Origin: Alphaproteobacteria bacterium
Lineage (GTDB): Bacteria > Pseudomonadota > Alphaproteobacteria > MPNO01
Direction: 5' to 3'
NCBI GenBank assembly: GCA_965202905.1
Contig: OZ241868.1
Coordinates: 900,879 to 964,878 of the forward strand
DNA length: 64,000 nt
Part shown: positions 32,655 through 41,548 of the stretch, in pieces
Layout of the letters: every line of letters starts with the position of its first letter
Position numbering within the stretch: the stretch's first letter is position 1
Translations under genes and position numbers: made by a program
Notes under the pieces: model-generated
Seen by the model: only the letters and a program-made list of their open reading frames with translations
Databases searched by the model: none
Told to the model about the DNA's origin: nothing

Positions 32655-33182
32655 ATGGGCACGTCCTACGGGGAGTTCCTGACCCCCGCCAAGGCGAAGA
32701 TCGCCGCCGGCGCGCCGCGCCACGCCATGACGGACCCCGAGCTCGTATCCGTCTATGCCTACACCACCTCTGACACCAGGTGGGGATACAGCCCCCTCAA
32801 CGAGGCGCTGCGTTCGGGCGACGAAGCGCGGATCGCAAACGTGGAAAACTACCGCGACACCCTCAACGCGGCGCTCGCCAGGCTGCCCGACCAACCCGGC
32901 ACGGTGAAGCGTGGAGCCATGCTTCCGGAGTCGGTCCTGGAGCGATATTCGGTCGGCGCCGTCGTCACCGAGGATGCCTTCACCAGCACTTCCACCGGCC
33001 CGGGGTTCTCAGGACCCCATCGGTTCCTTATATATTCCAGGCACGGGAAGCGGATCGAACCCTATTCGGCTCACCCCAGTGAGCACGAGGTGCTGTTCGC
33101 TGCGGGAACAAGGTTCGAGGTCTATGAGATCAAGCCCGGCGATGGCGGACAAGTGACCATATATATGGAAGAGATCGAGTGA
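32655..33182 (+). CDS. Stand-alone ADP-ribosyltransferase-fold toxin domain protein (C3/SpvB-like R-S-E class)
   Basis: 175 aa. AGGAG RBS 7 nt upstream. An in-frame stop at 32601 excludes a longer N-terminus. Motifs: VYAYTTSDTRWGYSPLNEALRSG (YxYT ... Y..LN..LR helix), Arg in VKRGAM, STS in DAFTSTSTG, ExE in SEHEVLF. The spacing is similar to SpvB/C3 catalytic residues. Confidence 0.6.
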   Translation: MGTSYGEFLTPAKAKIAAGAPRHAMTDPELVSVYAYTTSDTRWGYSPLNEALRSGDEARIANVENYRDTLNAALARLPDQPGTVKRGAMLPESVLERYSVGAVVTEDAFTSTSTGPGFSGPHRFLIYSRHGKRIEPYSAHPSEHEVLFAAGTRFEVYEIKPGDGGQVTIYMEEIE

Positions 33183-33460
33183 TGCCGACGATGGCGAATT
33201 TGACACCAGAGCAGAAGCGCAGACTGGAGGAGTTGAGGCGGGTGGCCAAGGAGGCCGAGAACCTGCCGCCGCCGTCGGCCGAGTTCCAGGCCAAGATGGA
33301 CGACCAAGCCCTCACCAACTACATCCTCTCTCAACCCGGACCCGCGCGGGACGCCTATCTCAAGATCACCACCATGCCCCGCGACCAGTTCGAGGCCGAG
33401 TTCGCCGACGTCCTCAACGCCAACGCCTACGACGAGGACGAGGACGCCGCCGACGGCTGA
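33182..33460 (+). CDS. Small acidic protein, putative immunity/antitoxin for the upstream ART toxin
   Basis: The start (GTG 33179 or ATG 33182) overlaps the toxin stop codon. 92 aa with an acidic C-terminus (YDEDEDAADG). No recognisable enzymatic motif. Confidence 0.45.
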   Translation: MPTMANLTPEQKRRLEELRRVAKEAENLPPPSAEFQAKMDDQALTNYILSQPGPARDAYLKITTMPRDQFEAEFADVLNANAYDEDEDAADG

Positions 33461-33641
33461 TCCGCACGGCTCGATTTTCCCCGCCGGAACCACCCCTCCG
33501 AACGCCCCGGATTTACCGCCGTTTCAGCACCCCTGAAACGCCCCGAAATTCCCCCTGCAAGCCCGGATTCGCAAAGACTTTCCGCCGCCCCTCCCCCTCC
33601 CCCGCTCGAAGCATCTGGACGGCGCCGCCCTCGACATTGCC

Positions 33642-34052
33642 ATGGCGAACCACGACCCAGTCGCCTTCGAGGCGGCCGCGCGCGAAGTCGGGTTCCCTGG
33701 TTTCGGCTTCTACCCGCGCTCGGGTTTCATGCATGTCGACCTTGGTCCCGCGCGCCAGTGGGGCGAGCGCTTTCCGGTCCGGGAGACGGCATTTGCAGCC
33801 GAGACGCCGCCCGCGCGCGAAGTGCTGGCCGACAACCGCACCATGAAGAGCGGCGGAGCGGCCGGCTTCGCGACGCTGGGTGCTGCGGGCGCCGAAGTCG
33901 CGCGGAGCGTCCTGGCCGAGACGCAGACAACCATCCTGCCGCTCGTCCCGTATCTCGACACGCTGCGCCGGGTGTTCATCGCCGTGGCGCTTGGCGGGAT
34001 CACGGTCACGCTCTGTGCCCGGCTCGGCGATTGGAAGCAGAGGCGGCGATGA
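33642..34052 (+). pseudogene. Peptidase M15 / DUF882 (YcbK/MepK-like) family C-terminal fragment
   Basis: SKHLDGAALDIA ... GFGFYPRSGFMHVDLGPARQW matches the zinc-binding H-x6-D and SGFVHVD motifs of the DUF882/M15 family. Homology continues upstream of the ATG to a stop at 33534. The N-terminal roughly 120 aa are missing. Confidence 0.45.
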
Positions 34053-34217
34053 TTGGCGCGCTCTTCACGGCGTTCGCCGCCAGCCCGTGGATGCGGGCGG
34101 CGCTGCGCTACGGCGGCCCATCGTGCTCGCGGCGTTCCTGTTTCTGCTTCGCACTTCGGCGCTCCGGTGAGCGCGCCGGACGACTGGCGGAACGCCTCGA
34201 AAGCACGGAGAAGGTCA

Positions 34218-34667
34218 ATGATGTCCAACGCCAGATGCTGGGCGCTACGGCTCGCCGTCCTCGCGATCGCGACGACCTCGCTAACCGGCTGCACGACGGG
34301 CGTTTCTAAGCCGCGCATTGCCATCGTCTGCCTGCCCCTGGTCGAGTACAGTCGGGAGTTTCAGGCGCGCGCGGCCGAGGATCTCGCGCAGCTGCCGGAA
34401 GGGTCTGCCATTGCCGAAATGCTCGCCGACTACAGCGTCATGCGGGATCGGCTCGGGTGTGTCGGTGATGTTGCTGCTTGCACAAGAGGATTCTCACGCC
34501 ATTCTTTGTTCGAGCCGGTGCTTGCGCTTAGGCCAATCGGGCAGGACGCGATCCAACAGTTCAAAAAAATCTGGTCCGTGGTGCGGCACCGCGATGTGGC
34601 AGAGCTCGTGCGTGATGACGTAGTCAATCGCGTCCATGGGCGCCTCGATCAGACGGCGATTGAGTAG
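34218..34667 (+). CDS. Hypothetical lipoprotein (uncertain)
   Basis: MMSNARCWALRLAVLAIATTSLTGC signal peptide plus lipobox. The 3' 170 bp overlap the YgjP-like gene antisense, so this may be a spurious GC-rich ORF. Confidence 0.3.
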   Translation: MMSNARCWALRLAVLAIATTSLTGCTTGVSKPRIAIVCLPLVEYSREFQARAAEDLAQLPEGSAIAEMLADYSVMRDRLGCVGDVAACTRGFSRHSLFEPVLALRPIGQDAIQQFKKIWSVVRHRDVAELVRDDVVNRVHGRLDQTAIE

Positions 34668-35210
34668 AAGACGCGATGCCGGCGACATCGAACCCCACCG
34701 CTGCCGAAATTGGCGCACGATCAAACCCTTGGGGCGGAAGTCGTCAGGCACCGGGAAGCGCAGAAGGTTGACTTCCAGGCGCTCGGCGAATTTCGCATGT
34801 GCCCGCTGTCGATACCAAGCCTCGACGAGCTCGCGCGTGACCTCGGACCTCTCCGGCCTATGAGTTTGGACGACGATGAAGCCACGGACGAGCTTCACCG
34901 TCGCCTGGACGTGGGGCACTACCTTCAACCGATACTGGCGTCCGAGATAAAGATGGGTCTCGCCCGCCACATATTGGCGATCCGGGGTGCGCGGAAGGAA
35001 CTGGATGAAATAGCGCTGCTGACGCCGGATCCAGGCTGCGCGCTTGCACACCTTCTCCTCGATTGCCGCCAGCGGAGCATCCTGCGGGGCGGCGATGACA
35101 ACGGAAGCATCAGGCTCGACAGCGATTTCCAGTGTCGTCCGTTCACGGCGCACAATGGCGAAGTCGATCCTGTGTTCACCGTACTGGACGCTGTGTCGTT
35201 CGGTCTTCAT
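34494..35210 (-). CDS. YgjP-like M48-family metallohydrolase (DUF45)
   Basis: VQYGEHRIDFAIVRRERTTLEIAV N-terminus and a C-terminal HELCH zinc motif (ITHELCHIAVPHHG). This family is commonly adjacent to type I R-M hsdR genes. Confidence 0.7.
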   Translation of the reverse strand: MKTERHSVQYGEHRIDFAIVRRERTTLEIAVEPDASVVIAAPQDAPLAAIEEKVCKRAAWIRRQQRYFIQFLPRTPDRQYVAGETHLYLGRQYRLKVVPHVQATVKLVRGFIVVQTHRPERSEVTRELVEAWYRQRAHAKFAERLEVNLLRFPVPDDFRPKGLIVRQFRQRWGSMSPASRLLLNRRLIEAPMDAIDYVITHELCHIAVPHHGPDFFELLDRVLPDWPKRKHRLEQRMA

Positions 35211-38200
35211 CCCGGAAACCGCGCCCGCGCAAGGTCCATGATCTTGAGCTCAAGGTCGTCCATCACCTCTACTGGCAATGCGATGCCACGTTCATCGCGA
35301 AGGATGTCGAAGAAATAGTCGTCGATAGCGTCGCGCATCTTGTTCTGAGCGATGTCGTTGGACCAGACATCGACGATGTGATGGGACTTGATGACGTCGA
35401 TGATCGTGAGCCCGATGGACGCGACTTCATCCGCCTCAATGGGTTCGCCGTCATCGGTCGCGAGTAAGCCTTCAAGGATCCCAAAAAACGCCTGCCCATC
35501 GTCGTTGCCTCTGATCGCATCCGGCACCTCGCGACCCCGGTCCTTGCGCGCGACCTTGCTCGCCAGATCGACAACGTTCTTGAGGTAGTCCCGTTCGGAG
35601 ATCCGTTTGGCTCGGTAGTCGCGGATGGTCTCCTCCAGCAACTCGGAGAACTTCCGGTAGAAGGTCGGGTCCTCCTCCATCTTTTCGGTGATAGTCCGCC
35701 GTGTCGCGCTGGCGATCCGGTCCGCCCTTGACGCCTCGGAGACGCCCGTTTCCTCCACCACGGCTTTCAGCGCGTCCGGGTCGTTGATGTTGACCATCTC
35801 GATGATCGTCTCGGTCGGCATGGCAACCACATGGTCGTCGAGCAGCTTCTGAATCTTCGGCTCGAACTCCTTGACGTCGATGGTCTCCTGGTAGCGCAGC
35901 TGGACCGAGCGCCGCAGTTCCGAAAACTGCTTCCAGTCCCGCTTCATGGCATCGATCTTCGACTCGTCGAAGACGCCGAAGAGCTTGTCCGACGATAGCG
36001 AAATATGTAGGCAGCGGCTGAACGCCTTCAGCCGTTCATAGAATTCCTGCCGGATCGCCTCGTCGGCCAGGAACTGCTCGAACTGCTCCATATCCTTCTT
36101 GTTCTTGACCGGCTTGAACAGGTCCCAGAGCTGATCGTGCAACTGGGGCAGCCTCCGGATTTCCTCGCGCATGTCGTGGACCGTGTCGGCGAGATCGTCG
36201 GCATCAAAGCCCTCAAAGGCGCTATAGGTCGTCAGCGCCGTGTCCAGTTCTCCGAGCAGCCCCTCATAGTCGATGATGAAGCCGAACTGCTTCTCGGTTG
36301 CGCCGTCTTCGTAGAGCCGGTTCACGCGGGCGATTGCCTGCAGCAGGTTATGTTCGCGCAGCGACTTGCAGACATAGAGCACGGTATTGCGCGGCGCATC
36401 GAAACCGGTCAGCAGCTTCGAGACGACGATGAGGACTTCCGGATCGCCGGACCCTTTGAACGCCTCGATGATCTGCCGTGTGTATTCGTCCTCGGTCTTG
36501 TACCTGGCCATCATCTGCGCCCAGAACCCACGCACGAGGTCCTTCGATTCCTTGTCAACCTCCTCGTTGCCCTCGTTGTCATCGGGAGGAGAGATGACGA
36601 TTTCGCTGGTGACGTGCCCGATCTCGTCGAGCACTTCCTTGAAGCGGACGGCTGCTGCCTTGGACGGCGCCACGAGTTGGGCCTTGAACCCAGTGCCCTG
36701 CCAGTGCTGGCGAAAATGCTCCGAGATGTCGAAGGCTTTCGCCCGGATTGCCTGCCCCGTTTTCGACAGGGCGTCCATGCGCGAGAACTTGCGCTTCAGG
36801 TCGGACTTCTGGCTATCGGTCAGGCCTTCGCTGATCTTGTCGAACCACTTGTCGATCACGCCGCCATTGACCTGCTGCTCGACGAGGCGGCCCTCATAGA
36901 GGAGCGGCACGACGGCTCCATCAGCAACAGCCTCGTCAATCGCGTATTTGTGGACCAAGCCGCCGAAGGTCGAGAGCGTATTCTTCTCCTTCTTCAGGAG
37001 CGGCGTTCCGGTGAAGCCGAGATAGCAGGCCTTCGGCAGCAGCCGGCGCATCCGCGTAGCGAACTGGCTGTGACCGCCATAGCGGCCGGTCTGCGAGCGA
37101 TGGCTTTCATCGACCAGGACGAACACGTTGGCGTCCTCGTCGACATCTTCGGCGGCTTTGGCTGCCGTATCGAACTTGTTGATGATGGTCGTCACGAGCG
37201 GTGTCCGGTTGCGGATCAGCTCGATCAGATGGGCCCCGCTAGTCGCCCGCACGGGTTCCAGTTCGCAGGACTTGAACGTGTCCTTGATCTGCTTGTCGAG
37301 ATCGTCGCGGTCGGTGACGATAAGGATGCGCGGATTGGGAATGGCCTTGTCGAGCGCAAGGGATCGACCCAACATCACCATGGTCAGGGACTTGCCCGAC
37401 CCTTGAGTGTGCCAGATTACACCGCCCTTGCGCCGGCCGTCGAGGTTGAACTGGCGGACACGCTCGACAGCCTTGCGGATCCCAAAGAACTGCTGGTGGC
37501 GCGCGACCTTGCGGGCGCCGCCATCGAACACTGTGAAACGACGGATCAGATCCAGTAGGCGTTCCGGCCGACACAGCGCATGAATAGCGCGGTCCTGCGC
37601 GGTGATCGCGCGCGGCCCCTCGGCTGCAAGCGCCTCGAAATGGTCACGCGCGAAGGCGAAGTCGCCCGAGAAGACCGCATCAGCCTCAGCCCCCGTGAGA
37701 GGCCGATTGGCTAGGGGATCGATGTACTCGTCCCGGTCTTCCTCATCCCACCACATTTGCCAGAACTGCCGCGGTGTGCCCACGGTGGCGTACCGCGCCT
37801 CGACTCGGTTCATGACCATGAGAATCTGCGCGAAGTGGAATAGCTGCGGGATGTTGTCTTCGTTCTGATAGCCGATCAGCTGGCTACCAGCCTTCTTCAG
37901 GCTCTCGGTCGGCCGCTTGTTCTCGATCACCAGAAACGGGATGCCGTTCACATAGGCGACAATATCGCACCGCTTGGTTTGGGTGCTGGCCGTGCGCTCG
38001 ACGGAAAGCTCGGCCGTCACGTGATAGACGTTGTTCGCTGGCGTCTCCCAATCGATGTAGCGGAACGAATAGGACTTGGAGTCCCCCTGGATCGTCTTGG
38101 TGATAGTCGTGCCAAGGACGAGAGTGTCGTAGATGTCCTGGTTGGTGCCGCGCAGGCCCTTTTGCCGGTCGGGCGTGGGCTTCAGTCGGCGAATAGCCTC

Positions 38201-38422
38201 ATGCGCATCCTCGAGGTCGAAGGGATAGTCCCGCCCCCGATGGGTAAAGCTGTTGATCTTCAAGAGATGGTCGGCAAGGATGTCGTCGAGCACCACGTTG
38301 CGCAGACGGCCACCGCGCAGACGCACTGCCTCGGCCTGGGACAGCGGCGTGAACCCCAGCGCCACCAACAGCTGCAGGGCGGGGATCTGGGACTGATGTT
38401 TCTCGGCGGCGTCGAAGGTCAT
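35207..38422 (-). CDS. hsdR: Type I restriction enzyme R subunit
   Basis: N-terminal nuclease region (CDIVAYVNGIPFLVIENKRP), SF2 helicase motifs (HTQGSGKSLTM, DESHRS, FTGTP), C-terminal HsdR domain. Start at MTFDAAEK (ATG 38422) overlaps the upstream stop (ATGA). Confidence 0.9.
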   Translation of the reverse strand: MTFDAAEKHQSQIPALQLLVALGFTPLSQAEAVRLRGGRLRNVVLDDILADHLLKINSFTHRGRDYPFDLEDAHEAIRRLKPTPDRQKGLRGTNQDIYDTLVLGTTITKTIQGDSKSYSFRYIDWETPANNVYHVTAELSVERTASTQTKRCDIVAYVNGIPFLVIENKRPTESLKKAGSQLIGYQNEDNIPQLFHFAQILMVMNRVEARYATVGTPRQFWQMWWDEEDRDEYIDPLANRPLTGAEADAVFSGDFAFARDHFEALAAEGPRAITAQDRAIHALCRPERLLDLIRRFTVFDGGARKVARHQQFFGIRKAVERVRQFNLDGRRKGGVIWHTQGSGKSLTMVMLGRSLALDKAIPNPRILIVTDRDDLDKQIKDTFKSCELEPVRATSGAHLIELIRNRTPLVTTIINKFDTAAKAAEDVDEDANVFVLVDESHRSQTGRYGGHSQFATRMRRLLPKACYLGFTGTPLLKKEKNTLSTFGGLVHKYAIDEAVADGAVVPLLYEGRLVEQQVNGGVIDKWFDKISEGLTDSQKSDLKRKFSRMDALSKTGQAIRAKAFDISEHFRQHWQGTGFKAQLVAPSKAAAVRFKEVLDEIGHVTSEIVISPPDDNEGNEEVDKESKDLVRGFWAQMMARYKTEDEYTRQIIEAFKGSGDPEVLIVVSKLLTGFDAPRNTVLYVCKSLREHNLLQAIARVNRLYEDGATEKQFGFIIDYEGLLGELDTALTTYSAFEGFDADDLADTVHDMREEIRRLPQLHDQLWDLFKPVKNKKDMEQFEQFLADEAIRQEFYERLKAFSRCLHISLSSDKLFGVFDESKIDAMKRDWKQFSELRRSVQLRYQETIDVKEFEPKIQKLLDDHVVAMPTETIIEMVNINDPDALKAVVEETGVSEASRADRIASATRRTITEKMEEDPTFYRKFSELLEETIRDYRAKRISERDYLKNVVDLASKVARKDRGREVPDAIRGNDDGQAFFGILEGLLATDDGEPIEADEVASIGLTIIDVIKSHHIVDVWSNDIAQNKMRDAIDDYFFDILRDERGIALPVEVMDDLELKIMDLARARFPG

Positions 38423-39267
38423 TGCGTACCCTCCGAAAACAGCCCGGAGAGTGATGCCCGCGCGGCGACGACATTGATGTTGGCTTTGATAATGCGATCG
38501 AGGTCGCTGCCATCCGTGTAGATGGCGGGTGCAACGCAATGGACCCTGCCATCATTGATGTAGTTGTCGGCCTTATCGCGCGCGCCCTTGGTGTGGGGCT
38601 TGAAGACGGCCACCGAAAGCCCGCCCTGTTCCTTGACGAGTCGAAAGCACGGGATATCGGTCGGGCCGTCGCCGATGAACACCATGTTCTCGAAGGGCAC
38701 GGGCCGGTCACGCTTCTCGACGAACTGGTTGATCTTGCTGTTGTCGCTCAGGTCGAGAGCGCCCTTGTTGATGCGGAACAGATATTGCGTCTTGGTCGTG
38801 TAGTTCACGGCGAGCGCCGGCCAGGTGGCGACGCCGTTCGGGTCGAAGATGAACCTCGACGCATAGACCTGGGCGAACTTGGAAGCGATCGGCGTGCCGG
38901 CGAAGATCTCGGCATTCCCCGACGAGACGAGGTAATGTTGAACGCGGACACCCCGCACCTTGCCATAGCCGGTGATGCGGTCGAACCACTCTTCGACCCC
39001 ATCAAAAAGCTGGATGGTCTTGCCCCGTGCTTTGAAATCGTCCCGCCGCACCGGAACTTTGGCCGCGGCCGCCTTGCTCAGCATCAGGTTCATGTAGACA
39101 AGCACTTCGTCCGCCTTATGCTCCTTGGTCAGGTGCTTTACCTCGGCCCAGAACTCCTTCGGTTTCATGCCGATGTCGGGCAGGAACTGGTGTTCCGGCA
39201 TGTTGCCGTTCGCCAACGTGCCGTCGAAGTCGTAGGCGATCGCCATTTCGATGTATTTCTTAGCCAT
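38419..39267 (-). CDS. HAD-superfamily phosphatase-like protein embedded in the type I R-M operon
   Basis: HAD motif I DFDGTL, motif II SSG, motif IV GDGPTD. RBS (GGAGAG) 12 nt after the hsdS stop. Its stop overlaps the hsdR start. Confidence 0.6.
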   Translation of the reverse strand: MAKKYIEMAIAYDFDGTLANGNMPEHQFLPDIGMKPKEFWAEVKHLTKEHKADEVLVYMNLMLSKAAAAKVPVRRDDFKARGKTIQLFDGVEEWFDRITGYGKVRGVRVQHYLVSSGNAEIFAGTPIASKFAQVYASRFIFDPNGVATWPALAVNYTTKTQYLFRINKGALDLSDNSKINQFVEKRDRPVPFENMVFIGDGPTDIPCFRLVKEQGGLSVAVFKPHTKGARDKADNYINDGRVHCVAPAIYTDGSDLDRIIKANINVVAARASLSGLFSEGTQ

Positions 39268-39279
39268 ACGATCTCTCCT

Positions 39280-40539
39280 TCAGACGGCGACGCGCCATTC
39301 GCCCGTCAGCAGCTTCTGCATCAGGCCGCGTTTCTGGCGGGTGAACAGGTCGATCTCCGCTTCGATGGCGGCGAGTTCGGCCCACGATACTTCCACCACC
39401 TCGGCGATGGCGGATTGCTCGGCTGGATCCATCGGCAGGTGCAATTTGCCTTCGAGGAAGCGGCGATTGGTGATTGCGATGGTGTTCTTTGCGCCCTTTT
39501 GCACAAGCGGGTGCAGGTAGTTGCGCACCGCGACGGGGGACTCGAACAGGGCATCGAGGATCACGCCGAGCGCGCGGGTCGCCGGGGCGAATACACCGTA
39601 GAGCGGCGAGACGATTACCTCTTGCGAAATCTTGCTCTGCTTGATGATGCCTAGCGGGAAATCTCCGGTCGGGCTCTTGGTGTAGACGATATCGCCGGGC
39701 AGAACGCGGTTGTAGTGACCGGTTTCGGCAGCAGCGAAGGATCGTCCAAGGTGCTCGATCTGATTGACCATGCCTTTGTGGACCGAGACAGAGAACACTT
39801 CCTCTGCACCGGTCCCTTGCAGCCTGTGTTCGGTAAGCATCTCGCCCAGAGCCACATCGCGCCATTCATCCGTCTGACCGGGTAGCCGTGTGCGCCCTGT
39901 GAACAGATGAGTGCGCATCCAGATGCGGCGCCGAAGGTTTGCCGCCCGCAGCGTCTCCAGCTTCTCGATGGCCTCGTCCCATGTCCACAGGATATCGGCG
40001 ATCTTGCGTTGTTCGGGGAGTGGTGGAAGCGGGAGCGGACAGTGCTTGCGGAACTCCGTCGGATTAATGTTCGCTTGGCTCACCCCGCGAGTTGAAAGGC
40101 GCTTCAGTGCCGTTTGGGCGATGGCGGTATTTAGCCAGTAGTTCACATATTCTGGATCGGCTTTCTCGCGATCAACGTCGAGCCTGACGAGATAGGACGC
40201 GAATACAGCTTGAGAGTCTTCTCTGACTATTCCCGCCTTGCCAACGAGGTCAGCACTGTTGGTTCGATTGAGAAGTATATCTCCACGCCGAAGTTGCATA
40301 CCTGTCCAATCAGCTCCGCCGTCATCGACAGTAGCTAGGCCGATCAGATTTACAGATCCGTTGTTGAGATCGCGCATCCCGACTATGGGCGTGTTACCGG
40401 TGGAATCGCCGGGCTCGCTTAGACCATATTGCGTGCCCAGCAGAGCGTTTCCAACGGACACGAGGCGCCAGTCATCGGGCAACTCGCTATCGAAAAGAGA
40501 GCGGGTAAAGGCAGATTGATGGTTCTTTCGCTTAAGCAT
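39280..40539 (-). CDS. hsdS: Type I restriction-modification specificity subunit (two target-recognition domains)
   Basis: Conserved HsdS repeats (LPLPPLPEQRKIADIL ... central coiled coil ... second TRD ... QKRGLMQKLLTGEWRV). Start at MLKRKN (ATG 40539). Confidence 0.85.
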   Translation of the reverse strand: MLKRKNHQSAFTRSLFDSELPDDWRLVSVGNALLGTQYGLSEPGDSTGNTPIVGMRDLNNGSVNLIGLATVDDGGADWTGMQLRRGDILLNRTNSADLVGKAGIVREDSQAVFASYLVRLDVDREKADPEYVNYWLNTAIAQTALKRLSTRGVSQANINPTEFRKHCPLPLPPLPEQRKIADILWTWDEAIEKLETLRAANLRRRIWMRTHLFTGRTRLPGQTDEWRDVALGEMLTEHRLQGTGAEEVFSVSVHKGMVNQIEHLGRSFAAAETGHYNRVLPGDIVYTKSPTGDFPLGIIKQSKISQEVIVSPLYGVFAPATRALGVILDALFESPVAVRNYLHPLVQKGAKNTIAITNRRFLEGKLHLPMDPAEQSAIAEVVEVSWAELAAIEAEIDLFTRQKRGLMQKLLTGEWRVAV

Positions 40540-41548
40540 CGTTGCGCCCCTTCTTCCGCCCCTTGGCGACCTTCTCCATCTTCTCCAGCCGGGCGATGTC
40601 ATCCGCGTCCGCCGCCAGCGCCTCGGCGGCACGGCGGTTGGCGTCGAATGCCTCAAGTCGCTCGATGGCCAGCTTCTGGGCTATGTCCATCCGCAACCGC
40701 CCGGCATGGGTCAGCACGTCACGTTCGTTAAAGGAGAGGAAGGCGTCGAGTTTGTCGGCCCATTCGGCCATGGTAACCGGCCGACGGCGCTTCGCCTGAT
40801 CCTCCGCATAGTCGAGGTACATCACGACGATGCGGTTGAGCTCCTCGACCTCTTCGGCCTTGAGATAGTTTTTGGCGGTGCCGACATCGCCCTTGCGCAC
40901 GACCGAGCCTTTCCAGCTGGTCAGGCCCATATTGGGTGCTCTGGGGTTGCTGCGGCTTTCGATCAGCTCGGCAGCCGTCTTGCCCGTGACCGCCCAGAGC
41001 ATCTTGTTCTGCACCTTCTTAAAGAACGCCTGCGCCTGTTCGGACGTCTTGTCGTAGTCGATGGCGGTCGTGTAGAGGTCGCGCACCTTCTGGTAGAAGC
41101 GCTTCTCCGAAGCGCGGATGTCCCGGATGCGGGCAAGCCATTCGTCGAAATAGTCCCATTGCTCGGCTTGGCTAAGCCGGGCATCGTCCATGGCGAAACC
41201 CTTGACTAGGTATTCGCGCAGGACGGTTGTGGCCCAGCGGCGGAACTGGGTGCCGCGCGCCGAGCGAACCCGGTATCCGACCGCCAGAATGGCGTCCAGA
41301 TTGTAGACCTTCGTGCGGTAGGCCTTGCCGTCCGAGGCAGTTGTCAAGGATTCCTTGACAACTGCCTCGGCCGTCAGCTCCCCCTCTGACAGGATGTTGT
41401 TGATGTGCAGGCTGACGTTTTGCTTGGAGGTGTCGAACAGCTCGGCCATCTCCAGCTGGGTCAGCCAGACCGTGCCATCGATGGCGCGCAGGCCGATGGT
41501 CGCTGCGCCATCGTCGGTGTTGTAGAGGATCAGTTCGCCTTCAGACAC
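40532..41548 (-). CDS. rhuM: RhuM-family virulence/defence-associated protein
   Basis: LEMAELFDTSKQNVSLHINNILSEGEL ... VGYRVRSARGTQFRRWATTVLREYLVKGF ... RIRDIRASEKRFYQKVRDLYTTAIDYD ... MYLDYAEDQAKRR matches the RhuM family nearly motif for motif. Typical position between hsdM and hsdS. Confidence 0.8.
   Translation of the reverse strand: MSEGELILYNTDDGAATIGLRAIDGTVWLTQLEMAELFDTSKQNVSLHINNILSEGELTAEAVVKESLTTASDGKAYRTKVYNLDAILAVGYRVRSARGTQFRRWATTVLREYLVKGFAMDDARLSQAEQWDYFDEWLARIRDIRASEKRFYQKVRDLYTTAIDYDKTSEQAQAFFKKVQNKMLWAVTGKTAAELIESRSNPRAPNMGLTSWKGSVVRKGDVGTAKNYLKAEEVEELNRIVVMYLDYAEDQAKRRRPVTMAEWADKLDAFLSFNERDVLTHAGRLRMDIAQKLAIERLEAFDANRRAAEALAADADDIARLEKMEKVAKGRKKGRNDA

Noticed and set aside
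36137-39654. Plus-strand ORFs (473 aa, 371 aa) inside hsdR, the HAD-like gene and hsdS
   Set aside because: Antisense to a continuous, motif-rich type I R-M operon.
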